NCBI GenBank assembly: GCA_965644315.1
Contig: CBFFRQ010000064.1
Coordinates: 325,863 to 389,862, forward strand
DNA from: Caecitellus pseudoparvulus
Taxonomy: Eukaryota; Protista; Bigyra: Bicosoecida
Reading direction: 5' to 3'
Length of the DNA: 64,000 nucleotides
Shown here one piece after another: positions 1 to 10,530 of the stretch. The notes under the pieces were generated by a model. That model did not search any database, was not told the DNA's origin, and saw only the letters and a list, made by a program, of their open reading frames with translations. Each line of letters opens with the position of its first letter. Position 1 is the first letter of the stretch. The position numbers and the translations under genes are program-made.

Positions 1-1668
1 GCGACGCTGCTGCCAATGCCGCAGCGCTCTGCCGCCACCACGCTGCGCAGCCCTGCCTACACCGAACAAGACGATGGAGATGTCTTTCAAGTTTCACCAG
101 ACACGGTGGCAGGCTCGCCCCTGCGTGCTTCTGCCGCTGCCGGCCGGTCGGGCGGTGCCCGGGCCAAGGCTGGCCGGAGCACCCGCTCTCGATCAGGCGC
201 TCGGCGCTCCCGTGGCACGCCCAGCCGGGCGGGGTCCGCCCAGCGGCCGCCCTGGGACGCTCGCACGTCCACTGCCTCCCTGCCAGCCACGTCCACGTCT
301 GGGCGGGCGGGGAACCTCACCCCCATCCGGCGAGGGGCGCGGGGCAGCGCCGCCAGTGCCGCACGCACCCTGGCCCAGCAAGGCCGCCCTGCCCCACGCC
401 ACAGCGCCTCCGCCGCGCAGCTGCCCTCCCGGCACCAACACACCTCCTCCAGCATGACGGCTGGCGCGGGAGAGGACCTCACGTACGGCCTGGGCCAGGA
501 AGGAATCTCCTCCGCCATGGCCTCCTCTCTACGGCGCAGCGGCAGCCGCCGCCGCCGCCCTCGCTCGGCAGCTGCCCTCATGGCCAGGTCACAGCGCAAG
601 CAACGCAGCAGCTTTGACAGCACGACCCGTGAGTTGGCCAGCATCGCGCACCAGCAGATGCTTCTGGCACGCACACAGGTGCAGCAAGCCAACGCGTGGG
701 CTGATGTGCTGCAGCTGCCACGACGGTACGAGCTGCGAGTAACAGTGCCGGCTGGATCTGCCACCGCGGACTGGCTACAGGCAGCGGCGCAGGCCATGGA
801 GATGGATGCAGACACCGCCGCGGCGGCGGGGGAGGAGGGGGCCGCATCCGGTCCGACGGGTGGCCGCCCCGTCGCCGCAGCGGGTCCAGGAGTGCCCGTG
901 TCCAGTGCCCTGCTCAGCAACATTTTCCTCAGCACAGCGCGGGGCGGCAGCACCATCCGTGATGCCGCCGGCGCGCCAGGTGGTACGGGAGTGCAGCGCA
1001 GGCGGCGCCCTGCTTCTGGGGGAGGCGCCACGCCCCTCGGCCCAGCTGCCATAGCCAGCTCTGCGGCAGCAGTGGACACGGCACTGCCAGCGGGTGTGGA
1101 GCTGTCGTCGCAGGAGCTACGCGTGACTTTCCTGGAGGGGGGCACCGTGCAGCGCGATGTGCCGCTGGACATGTTTTTGCGGGGGGACTATGCTCGGCTG
1201 CAGAAGCATGTGCAGGTGCGGGGGCAAGGAGGGAGTGGTGGTGGCACATCTGCCGCGCCCTCCACCACCCCCATCAAGCCCCCCTCGAAGCCCCAGCGCG
1301 GCGCCACTCGGGACAGGCCCGGCCGGGCCTCTAGTCGCAGCAGCAGAGATGGCCTGGACCCCGCCCCTTCCACGTCATCCTTCGCCCGCACCGTAACCGG
1401 CCCTGCCGCACTGCCCTCCACGCTGGCCCAGCACAGGCAGCCTGCCCAGCACCCAGGCAGCAGCGGCAGCAAGGCCCCGGGTCCCAGCTCAGAAGGCCAG
1501 CGTTCCGCGGTGCAGGCACAGCTCTTGGCTATTCTGCAGGAGACGGCCACCCTCACGTACTGCCTGGAGCAGCAGGTGGGGTACCTGCGCGCTCAAGGCT
1601 GGGCGGCCGATGGCTCGCAAAGCCTGCTGCCTTCCAACAACGCCAAAGACCTCGTCCTGGACGCGTGA
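1..1668 (+). CDS. Hypothetical low-complexity protein, 5'-truncated by the window edge
   Basis: Frame is open from base 1 to TGA 1666-1668. S/A/R/G-rich with short ordered segments (LRVTFLEGG..., LLAILQETATLTYCLEQQ). No family recognised. Confidence 0.6.
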   Translation, partial: ATLLPMPQRSAATTLRSPAYTEQDDGDVFQVSPDTVAGSPLRASAAAGRSGGARAKAGRSTRSRSGARRSRGTPSRAGSAQRPPWDARTSTASLPATSTSGRAGNLTPIRRGARGSAASAARTLAQQGRPAPRHSASAAQLPSRHQHTSSSMTAGAGEDLTYGLGQEGISSAMASSLRRSGSRRRRPRSAAALMARSQRKQRSSFDSTTRELASIAHQQMLLARTQVQQANAWADVLQLPRRYELRVTVPAGSATADWLQAAAQAMEMDADTAAAAGEEGAASGPTGGRPVAAAGPGVPVSSALLSNIFLSTARGGSTIRDAAGAPGGTGVQRRRRPASGGGATPLGPAAIASSAAAVDTALPAGVELSSQELRVTFLEGGTVQRDVPLDMFLRGDYARLQKHVQVRGQGGSGGGTSAAPSTTPIKPPSKPQRGATRDRPGRASSRSSRDGLDPAPSTSSFARTVTGPAALPSTLAQHRQPAQHPGSSGSKAPGPSSEGQRSAVQAQLLAILQETATLTYCLEQQVGYLRAQGWAADGSQSLLPSNNAKDLVLDA

Positions 1669-1850
1669 GCGGGGCAGGCATGCAATTCACACGTTTTGCC
1701 CTGTTTCACCTGCCAAGGCGTCCACCCAACCGTTTTCGGCCGGCGTAGGGTGTGCAGGTGCTGGCGTGGCCAGCGTTGCATGCGACCGCTGCCTGCCACG
1801 CTTCGCGAAGCACAGACTCGCGAGGGGCGCGCACACGGCCTGCTCCAGGC

Positions 1851-4800
1851 ATGTCTCAGGGAGATGGCCTGCTCAGGGTGCGCCTGATGGCGGTGCACAT
1901 GCCTGCAGTGCACCACTACTACCTCCAAGTGCGCCTGGGCAGCAGCAACTCCCGTACCGAGATCTGCGAGCCTGCAGAGTACCCTCGTTTCAAGAAGGCT
2001 AGCCATGATTTCCGCTTGCAGGGGTCGTTAAGCTCAAGTACGTCCAGTCCATGTTGTGCTTGATTCTGCTGTCCCTATCCTGGGCAGCCAAAGGGCTGCT
2101 GCAAGTGCGCGCACGTTTCGTTGCCGTTTCGCCTCTGCCTGTCACAGATGGCGAGCAAGTCCTGCGTGTGACCGCGTACGTTGTGAAAGAAGGGGGAGCA
2201 GTGGGTGAACGTGGGACGGGCCATCGCCTGGGCAGTGCGTCTAGGCGGCTGGGTGCATTCCGCCACCGCCTCGTAACGGGGGCTTCTGTGCAGGTGCACT
2301 TTGTGCTATATGAAGCCGTGGCGGATGGACGCGCCAGCAGCAACCCCGTCGCCCGCGTCACGGCTGAGCTGCAGTACACGCAGCCTCAGCTGCAAGGCTC
2401 TATCCAACCCGAAGCCATGCCCAGTGAGGCCCCGGCCCTGGCTCCAGAGCACGCCTTTGCCTCTCCGCAAAGCTCCCCTCGGGGTCTGCAGCTGCTCGCC
2501 ACGACACCTCGCTCCCGCGACATCAAGGCGGCCAATGCTGCCCTCACGCCACTGCAGGCGTCTCCTCCCTGGTGGCAGGCCTTTGCGGACGGAGACGTCA
2601 GCGTCGCCGCTGTGGGGCGTAGGGCCAGTGCCCTGCCAGCTCTCGCGGCGCACCAGCTTGCCCTCGCGCTGCAGGCTGATCCACAGCTGCTGACGCCGCC
2701 CAACCTGGCCTCCCTTGCTGTGCGCGCGCTGATGAAGAGTATGAAACGCTCGGCAGCCCTCGTGCGCTCACCGGTGGAAGCAGTGGGAGATTTCGGTGAC
2801 GCCGCCCTGCCAACCGCCGGGCAGCCGAAGAAAGTGCGCAGCGCATACGCCTGTGACGCGCAGTGGCTGCGCCTTGGCATACGACGGGGGTGCTTGGTGG
2901 GCCATGTGGCAAGTGCGCAGCGGTCAGGCGTCTTCCGGGTGCGCTGCAGCGTTTCCGGGCTGCCTGACGGCGGGGGGTGGCATGAGGCAGTGACACAGGG
3001 CGCGGCATTGACTCCAGACGGCGCCCTCTCATGGGACACGCCCCTGGTGCTGCAGCTGCCTCGGGAAGTGGATGAAGACAGCACCCTCGTGGACATTTCC
3101 CTGCAAGAAGTGGCCGTGGGGGCCAGTGCGCCGCCGCCCCCCCTCACTGCCAGCCTGCGCCTCGCTCAGCTGCCAGGCACAGCGACGAGCAGCACAATTC
3201 TCACGTGGCGCGGTGGGGAGGGGGGTGTCTTCACTGCTGCCTTGTGGCTTGTGGCTCATCGCACACAGGCGGCGCAGCAAGTGACCCCCACTGGCACAGG
3301 CGGCTCTGGGCGCGGCACTGAGCCTGTCGGAATCGAGCCAACGCCACAACGCCTGGTGGCGCTGCCCTCGACGCTCGCAGGACCGCAGCAGGCGTCAGAG
3401 GGAAAAGAAAGCAAGGAGGATGTGCAGGATGGCAGTGCCCCACTCTCAGCTCCCCTCACCACGCAAGCCTTGCTGGTCCCCCCCGCATTGCTGCCAGCTG
3501 CAGCGGCGTTGGCGCAGCAACGCAGCGCTCTCGCCTCGGCGGAGTTCCCAACAGCCGCCCCCTCTGCATCCAGCAAGCATGCAGCGTACACAGAGCACGT
3601 GTTGCAAGCCATGGCCGGCGCCCTGCAGACAACCCTTGGCACAGTCAACATGGCTACTGGGATGGTGCAGTTTTGCTGCGTGCACGCAGGTGCCTCGTAT
3701 GCCACCAACGGAAACCGCGCACTGTGGAGCCCCCCGCCCAGCTTGCAGGCGGCAACAGCCGGAACTGTCATGGCACCGTGGACTGAGGCGGTGCGTGGCG
3801 GCGGATTGGCCCCCCAGGCTGGCCTGCTCCCCTCCACGTCGCTGCCCGGGCAAGCTGTGCCGCTGCTGGGTGCTGGCGCAGAGTGGGCGCTGACCCCCAC
3901 CCCGCCCACCACCACACCTCAAGATGCCGACCCCAGCCAAGACACACCGGCCACGCCCCCGCCACCGGACGTCGGCTGGGCCGTGCCCGACACACTGTGG
4001 CAGGGTGGAGGGGTGTCCTCGGGTTTGGCGCAGTGGGGCCTCCTTGTCACCACCTTCGCCGACACCGCCCCCGGCGCAGCGTCTGCCCCCCTTCTCGACC
4101 TCCCAGCTGCCACTAGCGAGGCGTTCCCCCGCCTGGCCGCCGCCCTGCTGCCCAGCAAGCCCACAGCCCTGGCCTGCGTCGCACTCTCTCGCGCCCGCAC
4201 TGCCGGCCAGGCCACTGGCACCAGTGACGCAGCCTTGCAAGCCCAGGCCCAAGCAGCCCTGGCGTCTGCGGGCTCGGCCCTGGGCTTGCCCAAGGCCATG
4301 CTGCCAGCGGTGCTGCTACTGCGCCCTCCGGCGGTGGGCGGCAGCGGCGCCACGACCCCAGGTCGCACGCGCAAGGACACCGTGCAAGCCATGAAGACCA
4401 CGGGGGTGTACCCGGGTCTCCTGGCGGGCTCCACGTCTGCCTGCCCTGCCATGACGCCTTCTGGCCGTCAGGGCACGCTGGGCCTGTCGGTGTGGGCGTG
4501 GCCGGGGTACGAGCCGCCGCCGTGGGACAGTGGTCGCAGCGATGGTGCGGGGGCCGGCGGCAGTGCCGCAGAGTCCAAGGACGCCGCCGCCGCCGCCGCC
4601 CTCATCGCCACCACGCCGCCGCCCACGAACCAGGGCCTGCGCCGGGAACGCGCCTTGGCCTCGGCGCTTGCAGCCGAGCATGCGGCCAGGGCCGCCGCTG
4701 CACCTGTGGTGGTGGAAGTGCAGGCGGCCCTGGGGGAGGCAGCGACGCAAGGCGCAGCTGTGCCCGTCATGCCGCTGTCAGCGGTGCAAGCACTGTCACC

Positions 4801-6268
4801 GGCGCCCTTGCCCCCCCTCGGCGCACCCTCGCGCCCCGCCTCGCGCCCAGCCTCGCACCGCTCCAGCCAGTCCAGCGCGCTGTCTGCCCCCGGGAGCAGT
4901 CGAGCTGACAGCTCTCGCCTGGACACCCCCCCCTCCCGCGAGGCACGGAGTGGGGGGGGCGTGTCCCCCTCACCACCCCCCCCTGCGTCCGGCCTCCACG
5001 ATGAGGCGGCTGCGCCCGCCCCTGTCCCAGGCACGCCGTCCGGGGGCAAGGAGCAGGAGGATGCCGAGTCTGTGTGCCCACCCCCCCCTGCCAGCCCTGG
5101 CCACCGCAGCCCCTCCCCTCTGCAGCCGCTACCAGCGGCCCTGCGCGGGCCACCCTCCCCACGCACCGCCCAGGCGCTGGCCAGCTGGGACTTTGCCTTC
5201 TTGCGCGCAGAGCACAGGGACACCGCCGCGAAACGCACCATCGTGCACCTGATGTTCGAGGTGCAGCGGCTGTCTGCAGCGCTGCAGGAGGCGGGGGAAG
5301 ACATCGTCTCCCTGCGCCAGCAGCTGGAAGCCGAGCAATCTGCCGCTGCAGCGCGGGCGGCCACCTCCAGCAAGAGCAAGCAAGTGCAGGACGCGGCGTT
5401 GCGGGGGGAGGAAACTGCCCTGCTGCGGAAAGTGGCCCGGGTGGTGACTGCCGAGCGCCCTGTGCTGGAAGGCGGCCGTCGCGGCCTGCCGCCTGGTGCG
5501 CTGGGCCTGGAGTTGAAACGCAGTGAGATGAAGCAGGCCATTCAAATTCTGGCCCGCCGGCTGGCAGAGACAACGCGGCGGCTCACAGCAGCGTCTGCGG
5601 GGCAGACTGCTCTGGCGCCTGCCGTCGGCTCGGAACTGCCCTCAGCCACGCAGCTGCAAGCGCTGGACAGGCCTGACACTGCCGCATCGACGACGCCAGC
5701 AGGTGCCCGGGCGGCTCTACAGAAATTACATGCCCAGCACGTAGCGCTGCAGAAGGCGCACTTCAAGCAGAACCGCTTCGTGCAGAGTTTGCAGACCCGC
5801 CTGAGCAAGGTGGAGTTGCTGCGCACAACTGTGAAAACGCAGGAATCTGTCATCAACAAGCTGCAGCGATGGATCGAACACAAGCTGGAACTGCAGCACC
5901 GGATGTCCAGCAGGCCCCAGGCGCAGGCGGCACCTGAGGAAGGCTCCCTTGCGGCGTTGTTGCAAGCACGCGACCTGCGCATCCGAGTGCTGGAGGAGCA
6001 GCTGGTGGAGAACGCACAGCGCTTCTCAGAACAGCTGTCAGGGCTCAAGATCCAGCTCATGGAGGCTGAGGCTGGGGACGAGGGCAGCGTTGAACATGGG
6101 GGAGGGGGGCATGGCAGCAGTGGTGGCGAGGGCGACAGCGATCTGGAGGACGAGTGGCAAGACACGGACACTTTCCTGCCCACCACCGGGCGCAGTGGCG
6201 GGCTGGGCAGCGAGTGGAGCCCGACAGGTCTTGCGTCAGGCAGCACACGGGGCAAGTCCGGACACTAG
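1851..6268 (+). CDS. C2-domain plus C-terminal coiled-coil protein (CCDC33-like architecture)
   Basis: Exon 1 MSQGDGLLRVRLMAVH...YYLQVRLG...RTEI is C2-like. Intron GTACGT...GGGCAG about 2038-2087 joins the 1405-aa ORF. Second C2-like segment (LRLGIRRG...LSWDTPLVL) and a long C-terminal coiled coil (KTQESVINKLQ). Confidence 0.65.
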
Positions 6269-6483
6269 TGGCGCTTGAAGGTGTGCGTGCTCCTGCCCTC
6301 GCCAAGACGGTGCGGAAGCGAGCTGGTGCGTTGACTTTCACATCACCCCAGCCCAGCCGAGCTCCAGAGGCGACCGAAGTACAAATAAAGATAGCAACCC
6401 TTTTTGCCTCATGAAGCAGGTTGCTGCATTTTCGAACTGTCAGAGATGCTCAGGCCAAGCGCCCACACGGCAAACGTGCTATC

Positions 6484-7593
6484 ATGCTCAGACTCCGCAG
6501 CAGGCACTTGGCTTGGGTGGGAGCAGTCGCTGCCGCAGCCTGCAGCCCGTGCTTGACAAGCGCAGCACTGTCACACACAGCCGAGGACAGCAATGAGCTG
6601 AAACCGTGGACGGCGCCCACTTTGCCTGTCCGCGCGGTGCCCGCCGCTAGCGCCACGCACCAGTCGCCTTCACAGCCGCAACCTTCGTCATGGTCGATTT
6701 CCGCAGCCAACATGCTGCCCAAGCAGGGGGTCATGGTGCTGCAGCAGGCACTGCAGCCTGCTTCTGTGGCTGAAATTTTCAGTTGTCTCCGGGGGGGCGT
6801 GATTCAGGACCTTCGTAGCCGTCATTACGCCCTTTCAGAGCAGCGCACGCGGCAGCTTGCTTCGGAGCTGGGCGCCGCAGTGACGTCACGCACTGCACGC
6901 GCCGAGGGGGAGGCGGCAGGTCCTGCCGGCGCTGTGAAACGCCTCCGCCGCACGGAGCTGCACTGGAAGCAGCAGGCACGAGGGCGATGGCACATGCAGC
7001 TCTTACACAGTGCCATGCAAGCCCCGCTGGAAGCGGCCCTTCTGCAGAGATTGGACCCGTTGGTGCAAGAGGTGTTTTCGCGGCGAGGCATCCCCTGCCC
7101 CGGCGGGGTGCACTTGACAGAGCTGCAGCTAGTCGTGAGCGAGCCGGGGTGTGAGCAGCAGGTGTGGCATGCCGACAATGCGTGGCCTGGCATCACGCTC
7201 TTGTTTCCCTTGCACGCTACTCCGCTGCACCTGGGCCCAACGCAAGTGCTGCCCGGTACGCACGCACTCCGTGGTGCCACAACGGATGCCTGCACACAGA
7301 CACCTTCACAGTGGACCACTCTGTGGGCAGCGTCGTCCTTGGCGCGAGGCGGGCCGGGGCAGCCCGAGTTGCAAGCCGGTGATGTGCTCGTGATGGATGC
7401 GCGCACACTGCACCGCGGCGCAGTGAACAGCTCCAAGCACACCCTGCGCGTCGCCCTCATCGCCCGCTACGACGCCAGGGGCGAGCATCCCCAACATGCA
7501 CAGAATGCCCTCGGAGTACTCTCGGCACGCCTGCAAGCCGATTTCATTCTCGCTGCAGCGAGACTTCAGCTCAGCGACAGCGAGAAGCGGTAG
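6484..7593 (+). CDS. Phytanoyl-CoA dioxygenase (PhyH)-family Fe(II)/2OG oxygenase
   Basis: QQVWHADN (HxD), GPTQVLPGTH, GDVLVMDARTLHRGAVNSS...R motifs. Intronless. Confidence 0.85.
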   Translation: MLRLRSRHLAWVGAVAAAACSPCLTSAALSHTAEDSNELKPWTAPTLPVRAVPAASATHQSPSQPQPSSWSISAANMLPKQGVMVLQQALQPASVAEIFSCLRGGVIQDLRSRHYALSEQRTRQLASELGAAVTSRTARAEGEAAGPAGAVKRLRRTELHWKQQARGRWHMQLLHSAMQAPLEAALLQRLDPLVQEVFSRRGIPCPGGVHLTELQLVVSEPGCEQQVWHADNAWPGITLLFPLHATPLHLGPTQVLPGTHALRGATTDACTQTPSQWTTLWAASSLARGGPGQPELQAGDVLVMDARTLHRGAVNSSKHTLRVALIARYDARGEHPQHAQNALGVLSARLQADFILAAARLQLSDSEKR

Positions 7594-7668
7594 AGGGGAA
7601 CAATTCAAACACGCCACGACTGTCACCGTCAAGCCTGTGTGTATGTGGTGGTGCTCAAACTTTGCGCC

Positions 7669-8352
7669 ATGGCCGATGCTGTGCCAGCTCCGGCAGGGGC
7701 TGCCAAGAGCGGCAGCCCTGATGCTGCACCAGAGGTACTCGATGCAGCTCTTGCCGTGCACGCTTCCAACATTCCCGGCGCAGGCATGGGCCTGTTCAGC
7801 ACAGTGGATATTCCACAAGGTGCCTGTGTTACGCTGTACACCGGCACGGTGCTGCGCACAGCTGCGGCAGCCAAGGTGAAGCAGCGAGCGTACATGATGC
7901 GGCTTGGGCCACAGGTCTACATCGATGGCCGGGAGCACCCCGAGATGCTTGGCAGGTACATCAACGACGCTTGCAGTGCGGGGTTGACGAATGCCTACTT
8001 TGACAAGCGCCCCGAAGAGCGCTGTGCAGCTGTGATTGCCTTGCGCGATATCCAAGCAGGTGAGGTGGAGGCTGCGGAAACTGCTTCTTCACCCTCGGCA
8101 CGCAACCCTCCTCCATTAAGCGCCTTCTAACACACAGGCGAGGAAATTTTCGTCAGATACGGCGCCATGTACTGGATAAAGGGTGGTGGGGTGAAACTCC
8201 AGCGTCCGGAAGGCACGACTGGGTGCTGGCCACGCCCAAAGGCAGTCGCGGAGCTTCGAGCTGGGCACGACGCTGCTATCGCAGCGGCTGCAGCGGCGCT
8301 GACACCGGGAGATGCCGTAGAGGAAGTCACAGCAAGTGGCGAGCACGTCTGA
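7669..8352 (+). CDS. Small SET-domain protein (lysine methyltransferase-like), 2 exons
   Basis: SNIPGAGMGLF, GRYINDA, ALRDIQAG|EEIFVRYGAMYW after removing intron 8060-8137 (GT...TTCTAAC...CAG). Confidence 0.85.
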
Positions 8353-8385
8353 CTTGTGCATCTGTGTGCATTGGGCGTTGCCAGC

Positions 8386-9262
8386 TCAGTTGCCGGCCAG
8401 GATCCACGCCTCGTCCACGGTGGTGTACTCCACCAGCTCCTCGGGGGTGAACCAGTTGGCGATCTCAGCCTGGGCAGACTCGGGGCCATCAGAGCCGTGG
8501 ATGATGTTGCGGCCCACCTGCACGCACAGGTCGCCACGGATGGAGCCGGGGGTGGAGTCCAGGGGGTTGGTGGTGCCCATCAGCTTGCGGCCGCCCTTGA
8601 TGCAGTTGGTGCCCTCCCACACCATGGCCACGATGGGGCCAGAGGAGAAGAAGTCCACCAGCCCGTCGAAAAAGGGCTTGGAGGACAGGTCGGCGTAGTG
8701 CGCAGAGGCCAGCTCCTTGGTTGGGTGCACCATCTTCAGGCCCACCAGCTTCCACCCCTTGGCCTCGAAGCGGCGGATGATCTCGCCGACCAGCTTGCGC
8801 TGCACCGCGTCGGGCTTGCAGGCGATGAAGGTGCGCTCCTTAGCAGTGCCGGGGACGCCCGTGTGGGGGGCAGCCGTGGCGCACATGACAGGGGCTGCCA
8901 CGAAGGAAGTGGCGGCAGTGACGGCAGCGGCGGAGGCGGCGACGGCAGCGACTCTGTGCGATGGGGGGGGCAAGTTCACGTGCTTGGGCTGCGGGCGCTG
9001 GATACCTAGGCACTGGGCAGCAGCTCGGAGAAGAGGCCGTATTCCAAGTGTGCGCGTCAAGCGCGCGGTGGCACTTGGCGTGTCAGCAGCGCGCGGCGGA
9101 ACTTGACTGAACAAGTGGGCAGGCACTCACGGCTTGGCGTAAGCCTGTGCAGAGGAGCAAGAGGGTGGGGGAGGTGGCATGCGTGGTTCAGTGAGCGATT
9201 TTCGGAACTGCACGTACGGCAGCGGCGCGGAAGGCCGTGGAGGCGGCGCGGCGGAAAGCCAT
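8386..9262 (-). CDS. NDK: Nucleoside diphosphate kinase, probably mitochondrial
   Basis: [28 protein letters not shown] active-site His motif. Upstream micro-exons give a transit-peptide-like [20 protein letters not shown] start. Confidence 0.95.
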
Positions 9263-9517
9263 GTTGGACGTGGAGGAATGCACTGAAGGGGCTGCAGGGT
9301 ACTGCTAGAGCGGCGAGTGCGAGCAGGGCAAGGAAGTATCTGGATTCGTTGAAGTGCCACGATGACCACTTTTGCTGCACTGGACTTGCACTTGGCCTGC
9401 CTTGACCGGGAGGGGCCTGAGGTGTCGTGAGGGGGGGATGCTATCTTGCTGCAGCCCAGGCACAGAGGGGTCCCAGTGGTGCAGCCAACGGATGCGGGCA
9501 GCATACGTGCCGCGGCA

Positions 9518-10096
9518 TCAGCGCAGCAAATCATCGAACGAGCTGCCAGACCCTGCTTTCTTGGAGGCAGAGTCCGGCAGCACCGACTCCAAGCCGTACA
9601 GCTGCGCCTTCAAGCCTGCCACACCCTTCAGCTTGGTCATCTTGGTCGCCAGCTCGTACTTGGCAGCATAGTCCTGGGCCTGCAGCGGTACCTTGTCGGG
9701 GATGGTCAAACCCACCCGGGCGGCTGCCGCCTCCCGGTACGCCTTGGAGTCAATGTCCACCTGGCCGTATTGTACGATGAGGCCCTGCGCAGAGCAAGGG
9801 CAGGCGTGAAAGTGAAGCGGCCGAGGAGGCAGCAGGCCAGGTTATCGTGGACGCACCCGCTGCTCCTTGATGGCGCGCAAATAGTCGAGGAACTCAGTGG
9901 CTTGAGCTCGCGCTGTGCGTGCTGCGGCCTTTTCGGCGTGCATGGCAGCTCGGTACGAGTCCAGCACTGCCGTCGACCACTGCGAGACATTCTGCTGCGG
10001 GGGAAAGCCTGCTACATTGTGCACCTCATCCCTCAGGTGGCGCAAGATGCTGCGGGCGACGCTGAGCGTCTTGGCCCGCACTCGAGCAGATGCCAT
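9518..10096 (-). CDS. FMC1: FMC1-like (LYR family) mitochondrial F1-ATPase assembly factor, 2 exons
   Basis: RSILRHLR...YRA...ATEFLDYLRAIKEQR|GLIVQY...EAAAARVGLTIP matches the FMC1/C7orf55 pattern (RGLLRELR...YL..LRSI...AGLVGLKLP). Confidence 0.75.
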
Positions 10097-10530
10097 GGCG
10101 TGCCCAGCGTTTCGCTGCACCAAGCCAGGTCCGGGGGCAGCAGCTGCCTGACGCCCCTGGACGAAACGGACGGGGAGCAAGAACACAGGAATCTAAAGAT
10201 ACACGAGGGGAGGGGGCGCTGGTGTTGGTGCTGGAATGTGCATTAGTCAGGGGAGTGCAGGCAGCCTGCCAGAGTAGGCACGCATGGCGTTTCGCACTTC
10301 GCAGTGCTGGCTGCTCTTCGATCAGGCACCGCAGCAACTGTCTCCTCTGTGAAAAACCCAGCAGCAGCGCGGAATGCAGTGTATAGGGAGAACGCGGTAC
10401 AGCACCACCTGGACGTGCTGCCAGCCTTCCAGCCAGCACTGCGAGTCGAGCCACGACGCAGACCGTATTGCCAGCACGGGAGGCGCGAAGTGCACGCTTG
10501 CAGCAGGCTGAAGCGGCGGGTACTGGTTCC

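Noticed and set aside
87-6255. Many overlapping 100-360 aa antisense and alternative-frame ORFs here and across the window
   Set aside because: Expected in GC-rich DNA with few stop codons. No motifs recognised.
8386-10096. Adjacent mitochondrial genes NDPK and FMC1 as a functional cluster
   Set aside because: Two neighbours in a dense genome is not evidence of clustering.
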